A stretch of DNA of 64,000 bases from Hamiltosporidium tvaerminnensis FI-OER-3-3 (GCA_022605425.2 CM061253.1:186001-250000), one strand, 5' to 3'; positions 26,530 through 40,233 are shown, counted from the stretch's first letter. Notes: a model not told the origin generated them from the sequence alone. Translations and numbers: made by a program.

Positions 26530-27273
26530 TTATTCTTCTTCAATCTCTTCTTCTGCACTCTTAATTCTCTTAATAACCTTAACCTTTCTCACATGACAAT
26601 TCTGTATCGGAATAATAACACCGCTTCTTTTTTCTACTTCTTTACCTATTTTTTCATTCATAAGTTTTTTAATAATTTTAGAAATATCACAATCTTCTAT
26701 TTCTTCTTTAATAACTTCAAACATAATTTTTCTTATTTGTCTGACTTGTGAAGAATGAGCATATGAAGTCTTTTTAAGACTATCTGATCTTCTTTTGGTC
26801 ACTGCTATCATAAAAACACGTAAATAAAAATTATCTTTGGTTTTTATATCCAAATATCCTTCAATAAGTGTATGCCACTTTCTGATAATACCTTTGTGTT
26901 TGTCTGATGTAATTTCCATACCGTTGAATGTAGAAATGGCGTCTTTTCCTTTCACTGAGTCAATAACAAATTTAAATTTTCTAAAACTGTTTTCTTCGTT
27001 GTCGGGACATAAATCCGATTGGTTGACACAAAACATCTTGCCAACTAAATCTTGCTCAACGTTTTGCTTGCCGAGACTGCGGGTTACTAGGGCTTTGCCG
27101 GCTACTCGGGTTACAAATGTGTTGGGTAGTTTTAGATCTATCCAGTCTTTCTTTGTAAATGTTTCTGTTACTTTCTTTTTGGAACCTTTTTTTGCACCTT
27201 TTTTTCCTGCAAGAGCTGGGTTTACTGCTTGTATTGCCTAAAATTATTTGATGTCTTTTTTTTTACTTACCAT
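26530..27273 (-). CDS. RPS3A: 40S ribosomal protein S3a/eS1, two exons: ATG (27271-27273) plus 26530-27237; 236 aa
   Basis: Spliced product MAIQAVNPALAGKKGAKKGSKKKVTETFTKKDW...SFRKFKF...FNGMEITSDK...IRKWHTLIE...KKTSYAHSSQVRQIRK...IQNCHVRKVKVIK. Exon 2 is 708 nt (236 codons including the stop). Confidence 0.97.
27238..27270 (-). other. 33-nt spliceosomal intron immediately after the start codon of RPS3A
   Basis: GTAAGTAAAAAAAAAGACATCAAATAATTTTAG: GTAAGT donor, TAAT branch-like motif, TAG acceptor. It contains in-frame TAA and TAG. Confidence 0.93.
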
Positions 27274-27315
27274 TTTATTTTTGTGGGGTAGAAAATATTT
27301 TTTTTATAAATTTTA
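27274..27315 (-). promoter_or_regulatory. Microsporidian-type core promoter (AAATATTT element plus CCCC motif just upstream of ATG)
   Basis: Minus strand reads aaaaaatattttctaCCCCacaaaaataaaATG. Confidence 0.6.
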
Positions 27316-27379
27316 CAGAAAAAAAAACGGAAAAATGGGTTGATGAGGGGGTGAAAGGGAATAAGAGGGAGGATGGTAA

Positions 27380-28165
27380 TACGGGGGTGTTAAATACACT
27401 AGAAATAATATTGTTATATAAAAGGGTGTTAAATACAGTAGAAATATATTGTTATAAAAGGGTGTTAAATACACTAGAAATATATTGTTAAATAAAAGGG
27501 TGTTAAATACAGTAGAAATATATTGTTATATAAAAGGGTGTTAAATACACTAGAAATACAAGTAGTATAATAAGAGGGTGTTAATTACAGTAAATATATA
27601 TTGTTATATAAAAGGGTGTTAAATGCAGTAAATATATATTGTTATATAAAAGGGTGTTAAATACAGTAGAAATATATTGTTAAATAAGAGGGTGTTAAAT
27701 ACAGTAGAAATACAAGTAGTATAATAAGAGGGTGTTAAATACAGTAGAAATATATTGTTATATAAAAGGGTGTTAAATACAGTAGAAATAGTATTGTTAA
27801 ATAAGAGGGTGTTAAATAAAGTAAATACAAGTATTATAATAAGAGGGTGTTAAATAAAGTAGAAATACAAGTAGTATAATAAGAGGGTGTTAAATACAGT
27901 AAATATATATTGTTATATAAAAGGGTGTTAAATACAGTAGAAATAGTATTGTTATATAAAAGGGTGTTAAATAAAGTAGAATAATATTGTTATATAAAGG
28001 GGTGTTAAATACAGTAGAAATATATTGTTATATAAGAGGGTGTTAAATAAAGTAAATACAAGTATTATAATAAGAGGGTGTTAAATACAGTAGAAATATA
28101 TTGTTAAATAAGAGGGTGTTAAATAAAGTAAATATAAGTAGTATAATAAGAGGGTGTTAAATACC
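27380..28165. repeat. ~37-41-bp degenerate tandem array on AAGAGGGTGTTAAATACAGTAGAAAT, upstream of RPS3A
   Basis: About 20 copies of agggtgttaaat. Confidence 0.95.
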
Positions 28166-30830
28166 ATTCTCTTTAGATTTTTAATTATTTCTATAAATTT
28201 ACGGGTTGTTATCGATTGAATACAAATTTGTATATGAATGCTAGTAGAAGTTTCTAATTCTTAGATAAACGTACATAACTAAAGGGTTTTTATAAGAGAT
28301 TTATATTAAGACGGTTATTATAGGTTGGTGAGGAGTAAGGGGTGTTAATAGAAAGAGAAATATCAAAAAACATTTTTGCTAGATTTAGAGTTTAGGGAGG
28401 AGTTAGCAGCATATTTGTATTATAAAAGAAGTCTTTAAATTATTAATCTAGAAAATATGACTCGGGTATTCGGCTTGTAAAAAGTATTGGTTAAAGTATC
28501 TTCACTAAGGTAAAAAAAATAATAACTTTCTTCTCGTTAATTACTGCTGATTCATCTCTAAAATTATATCTTTATTTTTACGTAGACAACTTACATATAT
28601 ATAATGGATTGGGGAAGTGGTTTTAACATCGTATGAAAGATATCAATAAGTAAGAATTTCAAATATGTATTATATCGACAGAATAAGCTTCCTCGTATGA
28701 TTAATTTAAAAAAACAAGGATTTTTTTACGTGGAAATTTCTTGTGGAATCATGTGAATCAAAATCAAATTTAAAAATAAATTCTGAAGTAAATGAAAGTT
28801 GGTTGTAAACTTGTTAAAAAAATTTTTTCCGGAATGGTGTGCATTAAAACACGGCGCTTACTGATCTATAAAATACTTCTTATCTATGTAAATATTCTCG
28901 TTATTATCTAAAAATGCAGCATATTTTTTTAATCTGAAATATCTTTGGATTATACAAAGAATACAGCTGAAGACATTTTAAATCTTCTTTGTACAAACTA
29001 TAACATTAAATTCAAAAGTTAATTTAATAAAAGGCATTTATTTTGATTGTAGATATTTGTTTTGCAGTTGTTAACATGTATTATATGTTTAGTATACCTG
29101 GACGAAAATTTTACAAATTGCATTTATGAGTGGTTTTTTACGGGGAAAAGCACATTTATTTATAAAAGATGTGTTATCTTTATAGAAATTTAAATTTTGA
29201 AATTAGTTCTAGAATGATACAGTGTAAATGACGGAATTATGTGTGTTATAGGGAATTAAAGTAGTGTATTGTAATTCATAGATTCGCTCGAAGGTACGAA
29301 AAACTTTTTATCAGTGGAATGACTTTACCAACATACAATAACAAAATTTAATAGCATTGATAATCACTTCATCTAGATTGGATTCACTGCCCTTAAAAGT
29401 GACCAAACATCACATTTAAGACACAATTTTTATTAAATATGCATACAAATGAGACACAGACATGCAATATCCTGTAAAATTTAGAATGTAATGGTTCTTT
29501 TAACTTTGAACTAATTATATAGAGAAGATGTATAAAAAGACATTAAAAGAACTTGCTCGTAGACTAAACTTCCGAATAAAATCAGAAAAACTTATAGTGA
29601 AGCCTAAATTTTATGGACAGGTCATCTTTGTAAGACACTGCCTGCTATTCTAAATTCGAAACTGCCTTATGACTCAGTGCAGATGTCTCAAATAATTAGT
29701 TTTATAGCGATAAGTCATTTATTTAGTTAAGGAAGCCAATATTTGCGTTTTCTTACAAAATAATGCTTCTTTACATGTTTTCAACAACAATATCTAGATA
29801 TTGGGAATAGAAAGATTCGATTGTACAAGGTTACACAAAAAATCATATTCAAAGCAGATTATTTTAAGCCGACACATCTAGAGAATGAATTATTTAGAGG
29901 TTTCTTCTTGAATTACTATAAACATAAAATTAAAGTTATTGCACACTAGCTATATTCTTAGCAGCTATACAAAAAAGATATGTGTGTGCTCTTAGTGTTA
30001 CCTTTACATAGATTAAAAAGGTAAGTGCAGCATATGAGTAAATCGGTACTGAAATGAGATAATAAAAAGTTATTAAACACATACAGAATTTTAATTCAAG
30101 AAATTTATCGGTGTGGGCTTGCCTGTTTTAATTTTCAAGCTGAAAATACACCAATTCTTCTGCGAAAGATTATATAACACGACTTTGTAACTATAAATAC
30201 CTTCGCTTAAAAAAACAATGAAAAATCTCACAGCTTCCAAACCTTTCGGAAGATAAATTTGAGGAGAATATGGCTAAATACGGCTATTCAACTCTTTTAG
30301 ACAAATATACCTTGTGTGTTTCAAATTTAACAGTTTCAGAGCCGACCTTTTTTGCATTAGGCGTTAACAAAGTCAGGAGGTTCGCACCAACGCAAAGAAT
30401 AGATTTTGAAAGCCTGTGCATCTCGCACAAACAACTCTATGTTTTTAGTTTACTTGCAGAAAAAATCTGGATTTATTCGTATAAACATCAAACAAAACAA
30501 AAACATTTTATTTAGAAGGAACTCAAATAAATAATTTTTTTTGCGTTTTTTCGCTTTGAATTTCCTTGAATCAAAGTTCGCAGTGACATATGACGGGACA
30601 ACTAAGAAGTCGATAAAATATAAATTCTAAATAATATTATTATTGTAATAGGCAGATAATACAGTTATATTGGCATTTCTATTTACAAGATAATTTAATT
30701 TTAGAAATTAAATCACTATAAATTATAATATTAAGTCGGAAAGAAGGACATACATCGAAATAACATACAAAAATATTATATTTTTAAGAATTACATGTTA
30801 TTGAATGCATATCTTTTATGATTTAAAAAA

Positions 30831-30938
30831 ACGATACTTTTCTGTAATAGAAAGTATTGTCTTTTACTTGCTACAAAGGTATTATAAAAATATTTAATCT
30901 ATAATTATTCAAGAAATATAAAAATTGTGGTTTTTTTT
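30831..30938. other. Hairpin + AAAATTGTGGTTTT module, unit 1
   Basis: Stem ACGATACTTT/AAAGTATTGT at 30831-30860; TTGTGG at 30925. Confidence 0.75.
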
Positions 30939-31378
30939 CGAAAATATAAAAATATTTCAATACTTTTTTTCTTTTTAGAAAATAAATTTACTTTCTATAA
31001 ATTACTAATAGAAAGAAATTTACAATGAAAATCGAATCAATTTTATATCGTTACTGTTATCTTTTTCGATAAAAACTAGTATTTAGTTATTAATAGGTTA
31101 ATTTTTACTTGTATTCTAATTATTTATATAAATTTTCATTTTCTACTGTAATTAAGGTTATTTGATTATTGTACAGGTTCGTTCAAGTTCTAGATATTCC
31201 GTGGAATAATTGATTTCCAATTAAATTATGTGTATTTGATTATTGTACAGGTTTTCTCAAGTTCTAGTTATTTATATAAATGATTGATTTTAAATTATAC
31301 TACAGTTCCACGTAATTTGATATTATTAAGGAAGACATCTTAAGTATTTTACGTTTTAATAAATCTCACGGCCCTTAA

Positions 31379-33463
31379 TGCCTCTTTGTTCTTAGTGCCC
31401 TGTTATTTCTAATGCAGTTTTATATATTGATAACACCCTTTATTTATAATAGATATATGTTATTTGTATGATATTTCTAGCTTATAATTTCCGCTGTATT
31501 TTGTATTTACTCTAGCTTCTATTGCTCCTAAGCTTTTTCTAAATTTATATAGTCGAATTATAGTCTTTGAAACTAAATGATTAACAGGTAATACCTATAC
31601 CAATAGTCTCACAGCACAGTTTTTCGGCTTGCTATTGTTAGATATTATAGACTGAATAAATGTTTTGTTCATGCAATAACATGTTATAAGTAAACAAATT
31701 TCAAAGCAGATGACTCTTATTAACGGATAAATTTACAAAAATAATACAATTCTTTATTTCCTATTTTTTTATTTTTGGTTTATTAACAGCAAAAAATAAT
31801 CATGGAAATCTCAATGATTGTAATTCGCCAAAACAAGAAAAAAAAGATATTGCAGTAACTTTTTTGAAGACCGGACAGTATCCAGATATCTAAAGTGAAC
31901 AAGATCAATGACTTTTTTGAAGAAAGTCAAATGAATTCAAAATGTTTGAAGACAATCTTTATTCGAAAAGGCGCTAACGAATGCTGAAGGTTGTTTTTGA
32001 ATTCGAAAAGATTCTAATTAAACATATAATTGAGACAGGACAGTATGTAGCGCATTGTGGAATTGATAAAATGATTGAATTAATTAGACAAAAATATTAT
32101 AGAATTATCTGAATATCCATAATTGAATATTAAAATGCGTGTGAAGCATTTAATAGATTCAATTCTTAGAAAAAAATTCCAGCCAATTTATATAAATAAT
32201 CTTACAGACAAATATGATTTATTTATGATTGATTGTGTAGATCTTAGAAGATATGATGATCAAAAGGATGGGATTGTTAACCGTAAACGTAATCGGCCCT
32301 ATCATCAAGCAACTCTGGTGTTTTAAGATGATAAATGAGATTTTACTGTCTGTGAAAATTCATTGGTATTTCTATTTGATAATTTTGGTATTATGTAGAG
32401 ATTAATTCTGATAATGATGAAGAATTTTAAAATAAATTTCTAAACACATACTTAATTGCTCTTAAAATTCAAACTATTCATGGAAGACCACATAATACAA
32501 AGGCTCGGGAACAAATTGAACAGATGAATCAAAAATAAAAGATAGTTAGCTAAAAAATTTATATGTTACTGGTACAAAAAGATGGATTGGTTTTTATATT
32601 TATGTTATATAGGCTTATAAAAGAACAATATATACTGTCTCAAATAAATCATCATTTGACCTTATAATGGTCAACTTGGATCTATAATCTTCTTTCCGGT
32701 AGTATATCTAAAGAGGAACTAAAAGATAAATTGGTATTTGTGGCAGATATTATTTCGAGGTATTAACAGCAAGAAAACTTGTTCCAGTGTATAGATAGTG
32801 GAATTTGGAGATTGTGTCTGTAATATATAATGAAGTAAATGGGCCTAGCCAACTTGCCTAATCTTCAACAACCACTACTTCTGAAACTGATAAGAATCTT
32901 GAAACTGATACAAAAGTAAGAAAAGATTGTGAAAAGTATAAAGAAAGATCACAAAATGTAAAGTTTCAAATAAATCAATAAGAAATCTTCATATTTGTCA
33001 TAAGGTTTTTTTAAAAAAAAATATTTTGACATGAATACAAAGACTAAACACGCTCTGTTTGATTCATTCTATAATGATTCCGTCTTTAGAGCAACAAATA
33101 AATTTACTGATAGTATGGTAGAATTAGAAAACGATAATGTGGAAAAAAGAACTGTGTACAAGGGCGTAATAGAGCGATTTAATTTGTTTTTTTTTTATAA
33201 TTGTTATTCCTAAAAAAAAATGGTTTTATTTATAAAAATATAAGAATAAATATTTTTAACAGGGAAAACACAATTAAAAGTATATAAACATTTATTTTCA
33301 CTTGGTCCATTATATTTAAATCAAAATACTTCATAATTTGATAGGGGGCGTTAAAGGTAATTAAAAGAATATATGGGGGATATATATTTTGAAAATAAAC
33401 GGGAGGTATTCAATATAACGGGGGGAATATGAAGATTGGGGGGGGGGATGATGTTCCGCGGCA
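31379..33463 (+). mobile_element. Decayed retroviral-integrase-type (rve; Ginger/GIN/KRBA2-like) transposon
   Basis: Broken frames across ~31800-33210 read AHCGIDKMIELIRQKYY, FMIDCVDLRRY, INSDN.EEF, TIHGRPHNTKAREQIEQMNQ and KRWI...AYK, i.e. Zn-finger plus D,D,E remnants. Candidate termini TTAA|TGCC...GGCA|TTAA. Confidence 0.75.
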
Positions 33464-34218
33464 TTAAATACTTACAGAATTTGAATTTCCGAAATTTATC
33501 GGGTATTCACTCTCACATTAGAATTTCTAAATTAAAACACATCAATTCTTCTGCGAAAAATCGATATAACACGACTTTGTAACAGTAAAGAAATTAGCTT
33601 AAAAATATACTGAAAATATCAGAGATCCAAGCATATAAAGATAAATATAATGAGTAGATGGCCAAATCACGTATTCAAATTTTTAGAGCAAATCTACTTT
33701 CTGTGTTTCAAAGTTTACAGTTTCAGAGTCGATTGTTTTGTAATGTACATTAAAAAAGTTAGGGAAAAGCGCTGCGAAACAATAGAATGAACTTTTAAAC
33801 TCTGTAATCACACATAGACAACTTATGGCTATGTAGCACTTGAGGAAATGTCTGATTCATTCGAATACACACCAGACTAAAAGCAAAAAATATTTTTATT
33901 CCAAAAAACCCACATAGATAATTTCTTTTCGTCTGTTTTAATTTTTCCTTTTTAATTTCCTTGCTTTGGAGTTCGGACAACACCTGATGGTAGACCAAGA
34001 AATCTATAAGATATAGAATTAGTACTATATGATTTATGTATATGCAGTAATACTATTATTTTAGCACTTTTGCTTATAAGTCATTTTAATTAAAAAATAA
34101 AATCCGTTAAATAAAAATATAAGTTTTAAGGGAAGAATAGATTTATATATAATAAAATAGTATTATGTTTTACTTTAATAGGTATTACTATCAGCACATC
34201 TCTTATGATTCAATAAAA

Positions 34219-35060
34219 CGATACTTTTCTGCAATAGAAAGTATTGCTTTTACATAGCTACAAAATTTTAACTTTATTTAAAAGTTTCACATCTTTTTAC
34301 AATAGTGGCAAGTGTTTCATTTGTTTTCATGACATTAACGCAGTTCTAGGTTTAACATAAATAACTGCTACCCCAAAACTCCATCAGTAACCCCTGCGAT
34401 ACCTACGTCCCAAACCCTTTCATCTACCAGATGCGACGAACCTTTTGATAGGCAAGACAATTGCCCAGTATTTGTTAATGTCCGTTTCATGGAACTCGAT
34501 CGATGGCAGAAGCCCTCCGGGCTCATAAGACCGTTAGCCTTCCCACTTACTCTACTCTTTCTGAACCCAATTAACTTCTAGCTAAGATATAACAAGAGAC
34601 TTGGATGGGGTACACTTAGAAAGTGCAATGTGATACCTACGGATATAACCTGCTACTTAGCTTTTGGCTTTAAATGGATTATTTTTATATTATCTCCCAG
34701 GCACTAAGTCTTCTAGCCCGAATGAGCAAGGCTAGGTTTCCATGCCTTTGCATGGCAATTACTTACATGTTTGGATGCGGTCGGAATCTGGTTACATCAA
34801 AAACTGCAAATAACTTTGTAGAAAAAGTTCGCTATTTCTTAGACTTATCCTCTTCATAACAACTCCCATGGAACAACCGGACATGAGCGTGGTTTTACTC
34901 TCAACAAAAATTTAAGAAATGATCCCTCTCACACCAGTTTCACAACTCATTGCCGGCAGAAAGTTTTTTATCTGGTTACCCCTCGCTGCGTACAAAGGTA
35001 ATAAAATAAATATTTATAATAAAAAAAAATATAAAAGACATAAAAATTGTGGTTTTTTTT
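34219..35060. other. Hairpin + AAAATTGTGGTTTT module, unit 2 (split by element copy A)
   Basis: Stem CGATACTTT/AAAGTATTG at 34219-34246; TTGTGG at 35047; spacing is 69 nt once the insertion is removed. Confidence 0.75.
34265..34990 (-). mobile_element. ~726-bp non-coding structured interspersed element, copy A, with 6-bp TSD TACAAA
   Basis: TACAAA at 34259-34264 and 34991-34996. The paralogous empty site GCTACAAAGGTA is at ~30870. Homologous to ~46500-47210 and ~53253-53980. Confidence 0.88.
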
Positions 35061-38000
35061 AAGAAATTTTTTTTATATTTTATTACTTTTTTTTTATAAC
35101 TATAATTTTATTTTCTATAAAATACCAATTACAATGAAATTTACATTGAAAATAGAATTCATTTTATATTATTGTTTTTTTAATAAAAACGTATACATTC
35201 AGTTATTTTTGAGTTAGTTTTTTCTTAAGTCTTGTAGATTCAAAAATGATTATTATCTAACTATATTAAATTATTTCGTTATTATATATGTTTACTCAAG
35301 TTCTAGTAGTTTATATAGATGATTATTTTCTAAATATATTACAGTTATAAAGTAATTCAATATTTTATGAATACAATCACACGGATTTTTCAGTTTCAAT
35401 TAATATATTTAGAAGGATAAATAAAGTATAGTGCGATGATGTTAGATCGAAGTTTATGTGAGATTTAAGTTAAGAAACAAGGCTATCTGGTTAGATGATA
35501 TAAAACAAATGATTAAGTATAGGGAAAGGATCTTGATTAGATAAGAGAGACTAATATGGCTATAAATTACATTATCTTTTTAAAAATTTAAAATTTTTAA
35601 GATTTTAAGTAAAATATTAAAAAAATTTGTAGATAGTTAAACTGGGCTAAAAAGAAGCTGTTTTATTAACAATACATTGATTAAGGCAAAATGGTTGAGA
35701 AAGAATTATTTGTTTTTATTTATTTCAAAAAGCTATTATTTTACTTGGGATTTATTTTATTAAAATTAGCACATTTCTAAATTCTATCTGTATATTTATT
35801 TACATAGATTTTGTGTTTTCTACCATTTTTAAACTTTTATACATATTTTTCTACCATATGTAATACCATATTTTATTTTTCCAAATTAAAATTTTCATTT
35901 ATGTTTTGCGAGAGTTATTTTAATATGGTCTCTTCATCTGAAATAAGAGGTTGTTTATTTGTTGGCTTAACATGTTGAAAACCCTTTTTCTGATCACTAA
36001 CTGTTGGAAAAACGGTTTTGGATCTTCATATACTCCAAATCTCTATATAATACCCAAAGAAGCTTTTTACTAGTTTCATTAGCATTTGGCCCTGACTTAA
36101 GTTCTATTCGTCGATCAGAAGAAATTGTTTAGATCAACTTCTTAAGTACTATAGATTTAATAATACCTCTATATTCATGGCTTTGCAGTCTTATGTGTCA
36201 TGACTTTGTATATCGTCAAGATACTGTCGAAGTCATTAAATAAGACATCATCTCGACAAAACCTTAACCATTTATACCTATCAGAAATATTATCGAACAG
36301 TTTAGAGAATTTATCTAATTTTTAGTTAAAATCGCCTTTCTATAATTTTCTTTTCGAAAGCCACATATATAATACATTATCTAGAATTGTTTATTCCGGG
36401 TTATTTAGGTTTTATAATAATATTTTGAATGTTTAATTTATTAAAATTTAAAGATATAAAAATGTTCAGTTCGTTTTGAAATCAAAGGTATTTATTTAGA
36501 ATATAATTTTAATCATTTTGATTTGCGTTTATTTTATAAGTTCAATAATATCCTAATATGATTGCATATTGTGTTTCAAATCAAATCAATAACTTTGAAA
36601 AAAAATATTGAATATATCGATACATATTTTTTGATCAAAAATATTAAATTTATTTTCAATTTAGTAACAGTAAATATTGATGTAATTGTTTTAATTTTAT
36701 TCAATTATCTTCTAAGAAACTCTTATACCAGGAACTAACATTTTTTGATTTAAATATTTTTATGAAAGTTTAGGTCTTTCGTATGTTTTATAAAATTAAT
36801 TTCTTTTTCAGTCAAAATTACATTATAAAACTATAATTCTTTTTATATTTATATTGCTAGATTCTTCTCGGATTAATGTAAAATTATGGATTTAATTCCA
36901 TCTGCTATTACTAAGATAATTGGTTTGAAATCAAATTATTTCATCTATATTTAGATTTACTCAACGGAGCGAGTATTTTACAGTGAAAATGGAAATTTTT
37001 GTATTTTCGTCTTCTGAATGATTATTTTATTTCCTACTGCCAGTACCTCACTTTCATACTTAATATTAAATTAATTAAAATCTATTTTTTTATTTTTGTT
37101 CGATCTTTTTAAATAATATCATTTCTCTTTATTATACTATAAAAGGAATATAAGTTTAGGTTTTAGAACATTTGTATACAATGAAAACATTAGAATATAA
37201 AATTCTGTAATATATTCAAACCAAAAAATAATATTAAAGAATAACAAAATATAGAAACGAAAAGAGAATTTCTTTTAAAAATTTATTTATAAAGATATTC
37301 TTAAAACTGTTTTATATGTAATTAGATAAAGTAGGTAGTTTATAGATTTTCTTCCCCGTTTCTAGCTATTAAATTCTATTATATAGTCAGGTAGTAGTCC
37401 GACGAAGACCTACCTCGAATTATTCAAACGTTCGAAAAATTTAAGATACTACAAACGTTTTACATTGGATTACGACTGTTATGATTTGTTCATAAATCTT
37501 ATATAATCAAAAATAGTATGTGGAAGTTGAACCCCAAAAACTTAAAACGTTTGACTGATTCGAAGAACATTTTGTAGTTGTAGTACATGATAATAAAAGC
37601 ATTGATATTTTTTTTTACTTTTTTGAACTTTGATTTTTAACTAAAATCGATGTAAATATTTTTTTTTTCGATTCGTTTTTTAACCAATTTTACCTTCATA
37701 CTCAACAGTAGAGTAAAACCCATGGTAAAACGTCCTGTTTTTTATTATAATATGTTTCTGTGTAATATTCCCATAAAAAAATTATGTGTTAAACAATACC
37801 TCCATATTCAATACTTGCTTAAAATAGTATATTTGTAGTAAATAAAAAAAAACTAATATAATATATAAATTTGTTAACTACAGCATGGCATGCAGACAAA
37901 TTTAGCTAATAAAGAGAAATTATCACAGTTATAAGTCAATTAGAAAAAGCCTAAGATGATAGAATTAGAGAATAAACTTAAATGATCGAAAAATAATTAA

Positions 38001-38356
38001 TGAGCTAAAGCTCTAGAAAATAAAAAGAATGTAGAGCGAAAGAGGAAAAAATTGCAGATTAAAAAGATCTTGGATTTATATTTAGAAGTTTTTGCAGACT
38101 GCTAATATATAAATAAAAGACCAAAAACATTTATAAGTAAAACGACAAAGTGCGGGTATAAAACCCCAAATGATAATATAGGCATTGTAACATAGCGAAC
38201 AAAAGTTTAGAAGAATTTTATTTTTATATTTTTCTCTGTTGAATGTAAAATTAAAGTCGCTTCTACGAGCTTAAGACCTCGTAAATGATAGATAGAAAAA
38301 TAACTTATTTCTATAAAAAATATTAAAAAATTGCTAAGAAGTTTGGCGAACAAAAG

Positions 38357-38460
38357 CAAGCTTTTTTCTTGTGGGAAATAATTTGAATTACATCTGGTGA
38401 CATTCATTGCAAAAATATAAAATTTAAATTTTAAAAATATTAAAATTGTGGTTTTTTTTT
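38357..38460. other. Hairpin + motif module, unit 3 (weak stem)
   Basis: TTTCTT-GT-GGGAAA core around 38365-38378; TTGTGG at 38446. Confidence 0.55.
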
Positions 38461-40233
38461 ATCAAATATTTTATTAATTAAATTATATTTCTTGAGCTGA
38501 ACTAAAATTAATAGAAAATTCTATTCATAAAAAATCTATTGATTTCATTCATTCTTTAAATTAACGAAACACAAGAAGATTGCTCTTGGAAATGAATAAT
38601 GATAGATTTTTTTTTGCATAATTTAGATTCGGTCATTATTGTTTCCCATAAATTAAATTTTAAAATATTTAGGATTTCTTTTGAATTATGAGTTGCTATC
38701 AGCAATTTTAAATTAAATAGCGACATTAAAAATATACTTATTGTATGCTAAAGAAAAACATAACTAGAATTCTTAGCTAAGATCAAAAGAAACAATTAAA
38801 ATAAATGTTAATTGAAAGGAGCTATGAAAAAATAATCAAAATACAAATGTAACGATTGAAAAATCATGCAGTGCATATATAGAGGCCTTATCAATATAAT
38901 AAAAGGTTTGAGTATCATAAATTACTCAAATAAAATTGTATTGATATTAAAAAGTAGGTCAAGAATCACTTTTTTTATGAGCTAAACAGATACAAACAAA
39001 TATTACTAAGTGTAGAAATCGGACATGAAGAACTATATCTTGGATTACAGCAGATATACCCGTGATTATAAAAGACTGATTTAAGTTATCGCCTTTATCT
39101 CATGAAAATCTTTTTTTGGCAATAAAAATATTTTGAATAAAATCATTTAAAATATAAAAATCCAAGTTTATAAGTTAAATTAAAATGAAATTTTTTACAA
39201 GAGGTGTAAAAATTCATAATATTGTTTCAAAACCCAGAATATTACTTGAAATTATTTATATTAAAATGCCGGTATGATACGGTTTAATATTCTATTTTAT
39301 AATTGCATAATATAGGAACAACTGAACTTAAACTATATATGTTAGATTAGGAAATGTAAGACACAATAAAAGTGTTCTGATACAAAAGATGGCTGCTATA
39401 AAACGTTCATAAATCCTACATAGCAAATAATATGCGAAAACAAGAATAAAAAATCATTAAAACGTTTGTTCGGTTACAAAAAATTTGAATCTAGATATTT
39501 TAATATCCATTCTTGATTTTTTAATTCATAAATCCTACATATGTATCAATGGTTTTACAGGCTATATTTAAATTCTAAATAAGATTAATGTAATAATTTG
39601 TTAGAATTTTATTTCAAGCCTTTTTTTCTGATAAATGACAATTATATGCCTTTTAATGTTTTATTTCCATTCAAATTGCTGTTAATTCAGCCTTAATAAT
39701 AATTGAACAAAGAAGATATTGTGTAGAACTCTAGATATATTCTTTACCGGAATCTATACAAATAAAAAGGCGATATTTAAACATGAATTATCTAATACAG
39801 CATATCTTTATAAGAACAGGTTTTAATAGAAAATGTGTCGAGGCATACGAATAAATGCCAACGAGAAAAAAAGTCGAAATGCTATACAAAAAATATAGTA
39901 AAATAAATGGAACAAAGAAAATTTAAATGGAAGTTCTCAAAAATGGCAAGCAAGTAAAATAAAACAAAAAAGATCTATAATTTAAATTGAAAAATAACTT
40001 AAGGTAAAGTATGAAAGACTAAAAAATATTGGTGTATATAGATTAGAGGAGATTATATAATTCTTAATAAAATATTTGTAGCAAGGTTCGTAAATGAAGT
40101 TAAGATGAGATCTACATTTTTTTGATTAATATAAGCTTTTAGGCGCTACGGGATTAAACACAGTAAAATAATATAAATATTTGAGTTATTATTAAATATA
40201 TTTACAAATTAAGAAAAAGAAGAACGAAAAATG

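Noticed and set aside
26837-27241. 134-aa plus-strand ORF
   Set aside because: Antisense shadow of RPS3A.
34265-34990. Hammerhead ribozyme or rRNA fragment inside the 720-bp element
   Set aside because: No CTGATGA...GAAA core conserved across copies and no recognisable universal rRNA motif.
34985-35060. The array motif read as the start of a signal peptide on the minus strand (KTTIF/L..., MSFIFFFIINIYFITFV)
   Set aside because: No conserved ATG, and stops appear within 10-25 codons in most units checked. T-richness alone gives hydrophobic translations. Remote protein-coding ancestry is not fully excluded.
37880-38170. Plus-strand frame that looks like a coiled-coil protein if TAA is read as Gln (alternative genetic code)
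   Set aside because: Confident genes in the window end in TAA/TAG (RPS3A, both large genes, the zinc-ribbon genes). A-rich composition explains the appearance.
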